Shown piece after piece: positions 40,101 to 55,100 of a stretch of 64,000 bases of DNA. The notes beneath the pieces were generated by a model. The model did no database searches. It saw nothing but the letters and a program-made list of their open reading frames with translations, and had not been told where the DNA came from. Within the stretch, counting starts at the first letter, position 1; the number at the start of each line of letters is the position of its first letter. The position numbers and the translations under genes were made by a program. The stretch is from Eimeria praecox (lineage: Eukaryota), in assembly GCA_963920595.1 (NCBI GenBank), contig OY986947.1, positions 248,001 to 312,000 of the forward strand, in the 5' to 3' direction.

Positions 40101-43100
40101 CAGTGCCAAACGTGCCACAACACCACCGCCGAAAAAGAATGCAGACATACATTCACCAACCCCGCTCTAGACAGTTGATCGTATGTACAGCGTCTGACGG
40201 GAATTGCCGCCTCCAAGCTAGAGGCTCTTCCACTGTTTCGATACTACAATCACAACCACGTACCTGCTGCACAAGAGAAACAACGGGCGCAGCACAACCC
40301 CTGAGGAGCACGATTCTTGCATTCCTCACCTTGCTGCCCGTCGGTGCTGTCATGCATGCGCTCCCACCCAGCTCCACACAACAGGCAGTAAAACCCATGA
40401 TTCACAAACCAGCTCATTGAGAGAGCCTAACCCTGTCCGCAATACCATACCCATTCGTCCCAATCATCATGCATCTAGCGTTCCCACCTCAGCACGCACA
40501 CCCGCGGAAACGCTCAACATGCAACACCCTCACAACCAGTGGCAAACGTGCCACAACACCACCGCCGAAAAACAATCCAGAGATACACCAACCCCAATCT
40601 AGACAGTCGATCGTATGTACAGCGTCTGACGTGAATTGCCGCCTCCAAGCTAGAGGCTCTTCCACTGTTTCGATACTACAATCACAACCACGTACCTGCT
40701 GCACAAGAAAAAACAACGCGCGCAGCACAACTCCCTGATGAGCACGATTCTTGCATTCCTCACCTTGCTGCCCGTCGGTGCTGTCATGCATGCGCACCCG
40801 CCCACCTCCACACAACAGGCAGTAAAACCCATGATTCACAAACCAGCTCATTGAGAGAGCCTAACCCTGTCCCCAATACCATACCCAATCGTCCCAATCA
40901 TCATGCATCTAGCGTTCCCACCTCAATACGCACACCCGCGGAAACTCTCAACATACAACACCCTCACAACCAGTGGCAAACGTGCCACAGCATCACCGCC
41001 GAAAAAGAATGCAGACATTCACCAACCCCGCTCTAGACAGTCGATCGTATGTGCAACGTCTGACGGGAATTGCCGCCTCCAAGCTAGAGGCTCCTCCACT
41101 GTTTTGATACTACAATCACAACCACGTAACTGCTGCACAAGAAAAAACAACGCGCGCAGCACAACTCCCTGATGAGCAAGATTCTTGCATTCCTCACCTT
41201 GCCGCCCGTCGGTGGTGTCATGAATTGGCTCCCACCCAGCTCCACACAACAGGCAGTGGAACCCATGATTCACAAACCAGCTCATTGAGAGAGCCTAACC
41301 CTGTCCGCAATATCATACCCAATCGTCCCAATCATCATGCATCTAGCGTTCCCACCTCAGCACGCACACCCGCGGAAACTGTCAACATACAACACCCTCA
41401 CAACCAGTGGCAAACGTGCCACAGCATCACCGCCGAAAAAGAATGCAGACATTCACCAACCCCGCTCTAGACAGTCGATCGTATGTGCAACGTCTGACGG
41501 GAATTGCCGCCTCCAAGCTAGAGGCTCTTCCACTGTTTCGATACTACAATCACAACCACGTACCTGCTGCACAAGAAAAAACAACGCGCCCAGCACAACT
41601 CCCTGATGAGCAAGATTCTTGCATTCCTCACCTTGCCGCCCGTCGGTGGTGTCATGAATTGGCTCCCACCCAGCTCCACACAACAGGCAGTGGAACCCAT
41701 GATTCACAAACCAGCTCATTGAGAGAGCCTAACCCTGTCCGCAATACCATACCCAATCGTCCCGATCATCATGCATCTAGCGTTCCCACCTCAGCACGCA
41801 CACCCGCGGAAACGCTCAACATGCAACACCCTCACACCCAGTGGCAAACGTGCCACAACACCACCGCCGAAAAAGAATGCAGACATTCACCAACCCTGAT
41901 CTAGACAGTCGATCGTATGTACAGCCTCTGACGGGAATTGCCGCCTCCAAGCTAGAGGCTCCTCCACTGTTTCGATACTACAATCACAACCACGTACCTG
42001 CTGCACAAGAAAAAACAACGCGCGCAGCACAACTCCCTGATGAGCACGATTCTTCCATTCCTCACCTTGCTGCCCGTCGGTGCTGTCATGCATCCGCTCC
42101 CACCCACCTCCACACAACAGGCAGTAAAACCCATGATTCACAAACCAGCTCATTGAGAGAGCCTAACCCTGTCCGCAATACCATACCCAATCGTCCCAAT
42201 CATCATGCATCTAGCGTTCCCACCTCAATACGCACACCCGCGGAAACGCTCAACATACAACACCCTCACAACCAGTGGCAAACGTGCCACAGCATCACCG
42301 CCGAAAAAGAATGCAGACATTCACCAACCCCGATCTAGACAGTCGATCGTATGTGCAACGTCTGACGGGAATTGCCGCCTCCAAGCTAGAGGCTCTTCCA
42401 CTGTTTCGATACTACAATCACAACCACGTACCTGCTGCACAAGAAAAAACAACGCGCCCAGCACAACTCCCTGATGAGCAAGATTCTTGCATTCCTCACC
42501 TTGCCGCCCGTCGGTGGTGTCATGAATTGGCTCCCACCCAGCTCCACACAACAGGCAGTGGAACCCATGATTCACAAACCAGCTCATTGAGAGAGCCTAA
42601 CCCTGTCCGCAATACCATACCCAATCGTCCCGATCATCATGCATCTAGCGTTCCCACCTCAGCACGCACACCCGCGGAAACGCTCAACATGCAACAGCCT
42701 CACAACCAGTGGCAAACGTGCCACAACACCACCGCCGAAAAACAATCCAGAGATACACCAACCCCGATCTAGACAGTCGATCGTATGTACAGCGTCTGAC
42801 GTGAATTGCCGCCTCCAAGCTAGAGGCTCTTCCACTGTTTCGATACTACAATCACAACCACGTACCTGCTGCACAAGAAAAAACAACGCGCGCAGCACAA
42901 CCCCTGAGGAGCACGATTCTTGCATTCCTCACCTTGCTGGCCGTCGGTGGAGTCATGCATCCGCTCCCACCCACCTCCACACAACAGGCAGTGGAACCCA
43001 TGATTCACAAACCAGCTCATTGAGAGAGCCTAACCCTGTCCGCAATACCATACCCAATCGTCCCAATCATCATGCATCTAGCGTCCCCACCTCAGCACGC

Positions 43101-46100
43101 ACACCCGCGGAAACGCTCAACATGCAACACCCTCACACCCAGTGGCAAACGTGCCACAACACCACCGCCGAAAAAGAATGCAGACATTCACCAACCCCGA
43201 TCTAGACAGTCGATCGTATGTGCAACGTCTGACGGGAATTGCCGCCTCCAAGCTAGAGGCGTTTCCACTGTTTCGATACTACAATCACAACCACGTACCT
43301 GCTGCACAAGAGAAACAACGGGCACAGCACAACTCCCTGATGAGCACGATTCTTCCGTTCCTCACCTTGCTGGCCGTCGGTGCTGTCATGCATGCGCACC
43401 CACCCACCTCCACACAACAGGCAGTGGAACCCATGATTCACAAACCAGCACATTGAAAGAGCCTAACCCTGTCCGCAATACCATACCCAATCGTCCCAAT
43501 CATCATGCATCTAGCGTTCCCACCTCAATACGCACACCCGCGGAAACGCTCAACTTCCAACACCCTCACAACCAGTGGCAAACGTGCCACAACACCACCG
43601 CCGAAAAAGAATGCAGACATTCACCAACCCCGCTCTAGACAGTCGATCGTATGTGCAACGTCTGACGGGAATTGCCGCCTCCAAGCTAGAGGCTCTTCCA
43701 CTGTTTCGATACGACAATCACAACCACGTACCTGCTGCACAACAGAAACAACGCGCGCAGCACAACTCCCTGAGAAGCACGATTCTTCCATTCCTCACCT
43801 TGCTGCCCGTCGGTGCTGTCATGAATCCGCTCCCACCCACCTCCACACAACAGGCAGTGGAACCCATGATTCACAAACCAGCTCATTGAGAGAGCCTAAC
43901 CCTGTCCGCAATACCATACCCAATCGTCCCAATCATCATGCATCTAGCGTTCCCACCTCAATACGCACACCCGCGGAAACTCTCAACATACAACACCCTC
44001 ACAACCAGTGGCAAACGTGCCACAGCACCACCGCCGAAAAAGAATGCAGACATTCACCAACCCCGATCTAGACAGCCGATCGTATGTGCAACGTCTGACG
44101 GGAATTGCCGCCTCCAAGCTAGAGGCTCTTCCACTGTTTCGATACTACAATCACAACCACGTACCTGCTGCACAAGAGAAACAACGGGCACAGCACAACC
44201 CCTGAGGAGCACGGTTCTTTATTTCCTCACCTTGCCGCGCGTCGGTGGTGTCATGCATCCGCTCCCACCCACCTCCACACAACAGGCAGTGGAACCCATG
44301 ATTCACAAACCAGCTCATTGAGAGAGCCTAACCCTGTCCGCAATACCATACCCAATCGTCCCAATCATAATGCATCTAGCGTCCCCACCTCAGCACGCAC
44401 ACCCGCGGAAACGCTCAACATGCAACACCCTCACAACCAGTGGCAAACGTGCCACAACACCACCGCCGAAAAAGAATGCAGACATTCACCAACCCCGATC
44501 TAGACAGTCGATCGTATGTGCAACGTCTGACGGGAATTGCCGCCTCCAAGCTAGAGGCTCCTCCACTGTTTCGAAACTACAATCACAACCACGTACCTGC
44601 TGCACAAGAAAAAACAACGCGCGCAGCACAACTCCCTGATGAGCACGATTCTTCCATTCCTCACCTTGCTGCCCGTCGGTGCTGTCATGCATCCGCTCCC
44701 ACCCACCTCCACACAACAGGCAGTGGAACCCATGATTCACAAACAAGATCATTGAAAGAGCCTAACCCTGTCCGCAATACCATACCCAATCGTCCCAATC
44801 ATCATGCATCTAGCGTCCCCACCTCAGCACGCACACCCGCGGAAACGCTCAACTTCCAACACCCTCACAACCAGTGGCAAACGTGCCACAGCATCACCGC
44901 CGAAAAAGAATGCAGACATTCACCAACCCCGATCTAGACAGTCGATCGTATGTGCAACGTCTGACGGGAATTGCCGCCTCCAAGCTAGAGGCTCTTCCAC
45001 TGTTTCGATACTACAATCACAACCACGTACCTGCTGCACAAGAAAAAACAATGCGCGCAGCACAACTCCCTGATGAGCACGATTCTTGCATTCCTCACCT
45101 TGCTGCCCGTCGGTGCTGTCATGCATGCGCTCCCACCCACCTCCACACAACACGCAGTGGAACCCATGATTCACAAACCAGCTCATTGAGAGAGCCTAAC
45201 CCTGTCCGCAATACCATACCCAATCGTCCCAATCATCATGCATCTAGCGTTCCCACCTCAGCACGCACACCCGCGGAAACGCTCAACATGCAACACCCTC
45301 ACAACCAGTGGCAAACGTGCCACAACACCACCGCCGAAAAAGAATGCAGACATTCACCAACCCCGATCTAGACAGTCGATCGTATGTGCAACGTCTGACG
45401 GGAATTGCTGCCTCCAAGCTAGAGGCTCTTCCACTGTTTCGATACTACAATCACAACCACGTACCTGCTGCACAAGAAAAAACAATGCGCGCAGCACAAC
45501 TCCCTGATGAGCAAGATTCTTGCATTCCTCACCTTGCCGCCCGTCGGTGCTGTCATGCATCCGCTCCCACCCACCTCCACACAACAGGCAGTGGAACCCA
45601 TGATTCACAAACCAGCTCATTGAGAGAGCCTAACCCTGTCCGCAGTATCATACCCAATCGTCCCAATCATCATGCATCTAGCGTTCCCACCTCAGCACGC
45701 ACACCCGCGGAAACGCTCAACACGCAACACCCTCACAACCAGTGGCAAACGTGCCACAACACCACCGCCGAAAAAGAATGCAGACATTCACCAACCCCGA
45801 TCTAGACAGTCGATCGTATGTGCAACGTCTGACGGGAATTGCCGCCTCCAAGCTAGAGGCTCTTCCACTGTTTCGATACTACAATCACAAACACGTACCT
45901 GCTGCACAAGAAAAAACAACACGCGCAGCGCAACTCCCTGATGAGCACGATTCTTCCATTCCTCACCTTGCTGCCCGTCGGTGCTGTCATGCATCCGCTC
46001 CCACCCACCTCCACACAACAGGCAGTGGAACCCATGATTCACAAACCAGCTCATTGAGAGAGCCTAACCCTGTCCGCAATACCATACCCAATCGTCCCAA

Positions 46101-49100
46101 TCATCATGCATCTAGCGTTCCCACCTCAGCACGCACACCCGCGGAAACGCTCAACTTCCAACACCCTCACAACCAGTGGCAAACGTGCCACAACACCACC
46201 GCCGAAAAAGAATGCAGACATTCACCAACCCCGATCTAGACAGTCGATCGTATGTGCAACGTCTGACGGGAATTGCTGCCTCCAAGCTAGAGGCTCCTCC
46301 AGTTTCGATACTACAATCACAACCACGTACCTGCTGCACAAGAAAAAACAATGCGCGCAGCACAACTCCCTGATGAGCACGATTCTTCCATTCCTCACCT
46401 TGCTGCCCGTCGGTGCTGTCATGCATCCGCTCCCACCCACCTCCACACAACAGGCAGTGGAACCCATGATTCACAAACCAGCTCATTGAGAGAGCCTAAC
46501 CCTGTCCGCAATACCATACCCAATCGTCCCAATCATAATGCATCTAGCGTCCCCACCTCAGCACGCACACCCGCGGAAACGCTCAACATGCAACACCCTC
46601 ACAACCAGTGGCAAACGTGCCACAACACCACCGCCGAAAAAGAATGCAGACATTCACCAACCCCGATCTAGACAGTCGATCGTATGTGCAACGTCTGACG
46701 GGAATTGCCGCCTCCAAGCTAGAGGCTCTTCCACTGTTTCGATACTACAATCACAACCACGTACCTGCTGCACAAGAAAAAACAATGCGCGCAGCACAAC
46801 TCCCTGATGAGCACGATTCTTGCATTCCTCACCTTGCTGCCCGTCGGTGCTGTCATGCATGCGCTCCCACCCACCTCCACACAACAGGCAGTGGAACCCA
46901 TGATTCACAAACCAGCTCATTGAGAGAGCCTAACCCTGTCCGCAATACCATACCCAATCGTCCCAATCATCATGCATCTAGCGTTCCCACCTCAGCACGC
47001 ACACCCGCGGAAACGCTCAACATGCAACACCCTCACAACCAGTGGCAAACGTGCCACAACACCACCGCCGAAAAAGAATGCAGACATTCACCAACCCCGA
47101 TCTAGACAGTCGATCGTATGTGCAACGTCTGACGGGAATTGCCGCCTCCAAGCTAGAGGCTCTTCCACTGTTTCGATACTACAATCACAACCACGTACCT
47201 GCTGCACAAGAAAAAACAACACGCGCAGCACAACTCCCTGATGAGCAAGATTCTTGCATTCCTCACCTTGCCGCCCGTCGGTGCTGTCATGCATCCGCTC
47301 CCACCCACCTCCACACAACAGGCAGTGGAACCCATGATTCACAAACCAGCTCATTGAGAGAGCCTAACCCTGTCCGCAGTATCATACCCAATCGTCCCAA
47401 TCATCATGCATCTAGCGTTCCCACCTCAGCACGCACACCCGCGGAAACGCTCAACACGCAACACCCTCACAACCAGTGGCAAACGTGCCACAACACCACC
47501 GCCGAAAAAGAATGCAGACATTCACCAACCCCGATCTAGACAGTCGATCGTATGTGCAACGTCTGACGGGAATTGCCGCCTCCAAGCTAGAGGCTCCTCC
47601 ACTGTTTCGATACTACAATCACAACCACGTACCTGCTGCACAAGAAAAAACAACGCGCGCAGCACAACTCCCTGATGAGCACGATTCTTCCATTCCTCAC
47701 CTTGCTGCCCGTCGGTGCTGTCATGCATCCGCTCCCACCCACCTCCACACAACAGGCAGTGGAACCCATGATTCACAAACCAGCTCATTGAGAGAGCCTA
47801 ACCCTGTCCGCAATATCATACCCAATCGTCCCAATCATCATGCATCTAGCGTTCCCACCTCAGCACGCACACCCGCGGAAACGCTCAACATGCAACACCC
47901 TCACAACCAGTGGCAAACGTGCCACAACACCACCGCCGAAAAAGAATGCAGACATTCACCAACCCCGATCTAGACAGTCGATCGTATGTGCAACGTCTGA
48001 CGGGAATTGCCGCCTCCAAGCTAGAGGCTCTTCCACTGTTTCGATACTACAATCACAACCACGTACCTGCTGCACAAGAAAAAACACCACGCGCAGCGCA
48101 ACTCCCTGATGAGCACGATTCTTCCATTCCTCACCTTGCTGCCCGTCGGTGCTGTCATGCATCCGCTCCCACCCACCTCCACACAACAGGCAGTGGAACC
48201 CATGATTCACAAACCAGCTCATTGAGAGAGCCTAACCCTGTCCGCAATACCATACCCAATCGTCCCAATCATCATGCATCTAGCGTCCCCACCTCAGCAC
48301 GCACACCCGCGGAAACGCTCAACTTCCAACACCCTCACAACCAGTGGCAAACGTGCCACAACACCACCGCCGAAAAAGAATGCAGACATTCACCAACCCC
48401 GATCTAGACAGTCGATCGTATGTGCAACGTCTGACGGGAATTGCTGCCTCCAAGCTAGAGGCTCCTCCAGTTTCGATACTACAATCACAACCACGTACCT
48501 GCTGCACAAGAAAAAACAATGCGCGCAGCACAACTCCCTGATGAGCACGATTCTTCCATTCCTCACCTTGCTGCCCGTCGGTGCTGTCATGCATCCGCTC
48601 CCACCCAGCTCCACACAACAGGCAGTGGAACCCATGATTCACAAACCAGCTCATTGAGAGAGCCTAACCCTGTCCGCAGTATCATACCCAATCGTCCCAA
48701 TCATCATGCATCTAGCGTTCCCACCTCAGCACGCACACCCGCGGAAACGCTCAACACGCAACACCCTCACAACCAGTGGCAAACGTGCCACAACACCACC
48801 GCCGAAAAAGAATGCAGACATTCACCAACCCCGATCTAGACAGTCGATCGTATGTGCAACGTCTGACGGGAATTGCCGCCTCCAAGCTAGAGGCTCCTCC
48901 ACTGTTTCGATACTACAATCACAACCACGTACCTGCTGCACAAGAAAAAACAACGCGCGCAGCACAACTCCCTGATGAGCACGATTCTTCCATTCCTCAC
49001 CTTGCTGCCCGTCGGTGCTGTCATGCATCCGCTCCCACCCAGCTCCACACAACAGGCAGTGGAACCCATGATTCACAAACCAGCTCATTGAGAGAGCCTA

Positions 49101-52100
49101 ACCCTGTCCGCAATACCATACCCAATCGTCCCAATCATCATGCATCTAGCGTCCCCACCTCAGCACGCACACCCGCGGAAACGCTCAACTTCCAACACCC
49201 TCACAACCAGTGGCAAACGTGCCACAACACCACCGCCGAAAAAGAATGCAGACATTCACCAACCCCGATCTAGACAGTCGATCGTATGTGCAACGTCTGA
49301 CGGGAATTGCTGCCTCCAAGCTAGAGGCTCCTCCAGTTTCGATACTACAATCACAACCACGTACCTGCTGCACAAGAAAAAACAATGCGCGCAGCACAAC
49401 TCCCTGATGAGCACGATTCTTCCATTCCTCACCTTGCTGCCCGTCGGTGCTGTCATGCATCCGCTCCCACCCACCTCCACACAACAGGCAGTGGAACCCA
49501 TGATTCACAAAGCAGCTCATTGAGAGAGCCTAACCCTGTCCGCAATACCATACCCAATCGTCCCAATCATCATGCATCTAGCGTTCCCACCTCAGCACGC
49601 ACACCCGCGGAAACGCTCAACTTCCAACACCCTCACAACCAGTGGCAAACGTGCCACAACACCACCGCCGAAAAAGAATGCAGACATTCACCAACCCCGA
49701 TCTAGACAGTCGATCGTATGTGCAACGTCTGACGGGAATTGCTGCCTCCAAGCTAGAGGCTCCTCCAGTTTCGATACTACAATCACAACCACGTACCTGC
49801 TGCACAAGAAAAAACAATGCGCGCAGCACAACTCCCTGATGAGCACGATTCTTCCATTCCTCACCTTGCTGCCCGTCGGTGCTGTCATGCATCCGCTCCC
49901 ACCCACCTCCACACAACAGGCAGTGGAACCCATGATTCACAAACCAGCTCATTGAGAGAGCCTAACCCTGTCCGCAATACCATACCCAATCGTCCCAATC
50001 ATAATGCATCTAGCGTCCCCACCTCAGCACGCACACCCGCGGAAACGCTCAACATGCAACACCCTCACAACCAGTGGCAAACGTGCCACAACACCACCGC
50101 CGAAAAAGAATGCAGACATTCACCAACCCCGATCTAGACAGTCGATCGTATGTGCAACGTCTGACGGGAATTGCCGCCTCCAAGCTAGAGGCTCTTCCAC
50201 TGTTTCGATACTACAATCACAACCACGTACCTGCTGCACAAGAAAAAACAACACGCGCAGCACAACTCCCTGATGAGCAAGATTCTTGCATTCCTCACCT
50301 TGCCGCCCGTCGGTGCTGTCATGCATCCGCTCCCACCCACCTCCACACAACAGGCAGTGGAACCCATGATTCACAAACCAGCTCATTGAGAGAGCCTAAC
50401 CCTGTCCGCAGTATCATACCCAATCGTCCCAATCATCATGCATCTAGCGTTCCCACCTCAGCACGCACACCCGCGGAAACGCTCAACACGCAACACCCTC
50501 ACAACCAGTGGCAAACGTGCCACAACACCACCGCCGAAAAAGAATGCAGACATTCACCAACCCCGATCTAGACAGTCGATCGTATGTGCAACGTCTGACG
50601 GGAATTGCCGCCTCCAAGCTAGAGGCTCCTCCACTGTTTCGATACTACAATCACAACCACGTACCTGCTGCACAAGAAAAAACAACGCGCGCAGCACAAC
50701 TCCCTGATGAGCACGATTCTTCCATTCCTCACCTTGCTGCCCGTCGGTGCTGTCATGCATCCGCTCCCACCCACCTCCACACAACAGGCAGTGGAACCCA
50801 TGATTCACAAACCAGCTCATTGAGAGAGCCTAACCCTGTCCGCAATATCATACCCAATCGTCCCAATCATCATGCATCTAGCGTTCCCACCTCAGCACGC
50901 ACACCCGCGGAAACGCTCAACATGCAACACCCTCACAACCAGTGGCAAACGTGCCACAACACCACCGCCGAAAAAGAATGCAGACATTCACCAACCCCGA
51001 TCTAGACAGTCGATCGTATGTGCAACGTCTGACGGGAATTGCCGCCTCCAAGCTAGAGGCTCTTCCACTGTTTCGATACTACAATCACAACCACGTACCT
51101 GCTGCACAAGAAAAAACACCACGCGCAGCGCAACTCCCTGATGAGCACGATTCTTCCATTCCTCACCTTGCTGCCCGTCGGTGCTGTCATGCATCCGCTC
51201 CCACCCACCTCCACACAACAGGCAGTGGAACCCATGATTCACAAACCAGCTCATTGAGAGAGCCTAACCCTGTCCGCAATACCATACCCAATCGTCCCAA
51301 TCATCATGCATCTAGCGTCCCCACCTCAGCACGCACACCCGCGGAAACGCTCAACTTCCAACACCCTCACAACCAGTGGCAAACGTGCCACAACACCACC
51401 GCCGAAAAAGAATGCAGACATTCACCAACCCCGATCTAGACAGTCGATCGTATGTGCAACGTCTGACGGGAATTGCTGCCTCCAAGCTAGAGGCTCCTCC
51501 AGTTTCGATACTACAATCACAACCACGTACCTGCTGCACAAGAAAAAACAATGCGCGCAGCACAACTCCCTGATGAGCACGATTCTTCCATTCCTCACCT
51601 TGCTGCCCGTCGGTGCTGTCATGCATCCGCTCCCACCCACCTCCACACAACAGGCAGTGGAACCCATGATTCACAAACCAGCTCATTGAGAGAGCCTAAC
51701 CCTGTCCGCAGTATCATACCCAATCGTCCCAATCATCATGCATCTAGCGTTCCCACCTCAGCACGCACACCCGCGGAAACGCTCAACACGCAACACCCTC
51801 ACAACCAGTGGCAAACGTGCCACAACACCACCGCCGAAAAAGAATGCAGACATTCACCAACCCCGATCTAGACAGTCGATCGTATGTGCAACGTCTGACG
51901 GGAATTGCCGCCTCCAAGCTAGAGGCTCCTCCACTGTTTCGATACTACAATCACAACCACGTACCTGCTGCACAAGAAAAAACAACGCGCGCAGCACAAC
52001 TCCCTGATGAGCACGATTCTTCCATTCCTCACCTTGCTGCCCGTCGGTGCTGTCATGCATCCGCTCCCACCCACCTCCACACAACAGGCAGTGGAACCCA

Positions 52101-55100
52101 TGATTCACAAACCAGCTCATTGAGAGAGCCTAACCCTGTCCGCAATATCATACCCAATCGTCCCAATCATCATGCATCTAGCGTTCCCACCTCAGCACGC
52201 ACACCCGCGGAAACGCTCAACATGCAACACCCTCACAACCAGTGGCAAACGTGCCACAACACCACCGCCGAAAAAGAATGCAGACATTCACCAACCCCGA
52301 TCTAGACAGTCGATCGTATGTGCAACGTCTGACGGGAATTGCCGCCTCCAAGCTAGAGGCTCTTCCACTGTTTCGATACTACAATCACAACCACGTACCT
52401 GCTGCACAAGAAAAAACAACACGCGCAGCGCAACTCCCTGATGAGCACGATTCTTCCATTCCTCACCTTGCTGCCCGTCGGTGCTGTCATGCATCCGCTC
52501 CCACCCACCTCCACACAACAGGCAGTGGAACCCATGATTCACAAACCAGCTCATTGAGAGAGCCTAACCCTGTCCGCAATACCATACCCAATCGTCCCAA
52601 TCATCATGCATCTAGCGTCCCCACCTCAGCACGCACACCCGCGGAAACGCTCAACTTCCAACACCCTCACAACCAGTGGCAAACGTGCCACAACACCACC
52701 GCCGAAAAAGAATGCAGACATTCACCAACCCCGATCTAGACAGTCGATCGTATGTGCAACGTCTGACGGGAATTGCTGCCTCCAAGCTAGAGGCTCCTCC
52801 AGTTTCGATACTACAATCACAACCACGTACCTGCTGCACAAGAAAAAACAATGCGCGCAGCACAACTCCCTGATGAGCACGATTCTTCCATTCCTCACCT
52901 TGCTGCCCGTCGGTGCTGTCATGCATCCGCTCCCACCCACCTCCACACAACAGGCAGTGGAACCCATGATTCACAAACCAGCTCATTGAGAGAGCCTAAC
53001 CCTGTCCGCAATACCATACCCAATCGTCCCAATCATAATGCATCTAGCGTCCCCACCTCAGCACGCACACCCGCGGAAACGCTCAACATGCAACACCCTC
53101 ACAACCAGTGGCAAACGTGCCACAACACCACCGCCGAAAAAGAATGCAGACATTCACCAACCCCGATCTAGACAGTCGATCGTATGTGCAACGTCTGACG
53201 GGAATTGCCGCCTCCAAGCTAGAGGCTCTTCCACTGTTTCGATACTACAATCACAACCACGTACCTGCTGCACAAGAAAAAACAACACGCGCAGCACAAA
53301 TCCCTGATGAGCACGATTCTGGCATTCCTCACCTTGCCGCCCGTCGGTGGTGTTATGCATGCGCTCCCACCCACCTCCACACAACAGGCAGTGGAACCCA
53401 TGATTCACAAACCAGCTCATTGAGAGAGCCTAACCCTGTCCGCAATACCATACCCAATCGTCCCAATCATCATGCATCTAGCGCCCCCACCTGAGCACGC
53501 ACAACCGCGGAAACGCTCAACACGCAACACCCTCACAACCAGTGGCAAACGTGCCACAACACCACCGCCGAAAAAGAATGCAGACATTCACCAACCCCGA
53601 TCTAGACAGTCGATCGTATGTGCAACGTCTGACGGGAATTGCTGCCTCCAAGCTAGAGGCTCCTCCAGTTTCGATACTACAATCACAACCACGTACCTGC
53701 TGCACAAGAAAAAACAATGCGCGCAGCACAACTCCCTGATGAGCACGATTCTTCCATTCCTCACCTTGCTGCCCGTCGGTGCTGTCATGCATCCGCTCCC
53801 ACCCACCTCCACACAACAGGCAGTGGAACCCATGATTCACAAACCAGCTCATTGAGAGAGCCTAACCCTGTCCGCAATACCATACCCAATCGTCCCAATC
53901 ATAATGCATCTAGCGTCCCCACCTCAGCACGCACACCCGCGGAAACGCTCAACACGCAACACCCTCACAACCAGTGGCAAACGTGCCACAACACCACCGC
54001 CGAAAAAGAATGCAGACATTCACCAACCCCGATCTAGACAGTCGATCGTATGTGCAACGTCTGACGGGAATTGCCGCCTCCAAGCTAGAGGCTCTTCCAC
54101 TGTTTCGATACTACAATCACAACCGCGTACCTGCTGCACAAGAAAAAACAACGCGCGCAGCACAACTCCCTGATGAGCACGATTCTTCCATTCCTCACCT
54201 TGCTGCCCGTCGGTGCTGTCATGCATCCGCTCCCACCCACCTCCACACAACAGGCAGTGGAACCCATGATTCACAAACCAGCTCATTGAGAGAGCCTAAC
54301 CCTGTCCGCAATACCATACCCAATCGTCCCAATCATCATGCATCTAGCGTCCCCACCTCAGCACGCACACCCGCGGAAACGCTCAACATGCAACACCCTC
54401 ACAACCAGTGGCAAACGTGCCACAACACCACCGCCGAAAAAGAATGCAGACATTCGCCAACCCCGCTCTAGACAGTCGATCGTATGTGCAACGTCTGACG
54501 GGAATTGGCACCTCCATGCTGGAGTCGCATCCACAGTTTCGATATTACAACCGCAATCACGCACTCCCTGCACAAGGAAAACACCGCGCCCAGCACAACT
54601 CCCTGATGAGCACGATTCTTGCGTTCCTCAGCTCCCTGCCCGTCGGTAGTGTCATGCATCCGCACCCACCCAGCTCCACACAACAGGCAGTAAAACCCAT
54701 GATTCAAAACAGCTCAATGAGAGAGCCTAACCCTGTCCCCAATGCCATACCCAATCGTCCCAATCATCATGCATCTAGCGTTTCCACCTCAGCACGCACA
54801 CCCGCGGAAACGCTCAACACGCAACACCCTCACAACCAGTGGCAAACGTGCCACAACACCACCGCCGAAAAAGAATGCAGACATTCACCAACCCCGATCT
54901 AGACAGTCGATCGTATGTGCAACGTCTGACGGGAATTGCCGCCTCCAAGCTAGAGGCTCTTCCACTGTTTCGATACTACAATCACAACCACGTACCTGCT
55001 GCACAAGAAAAAACAACGCGCGCAGCACAACTCCCTGATGAGCACGATTCTTCCATTCCTCACCTTGCTGCCCGTCGGTGCTGTCATGCATCCGCTCCCA

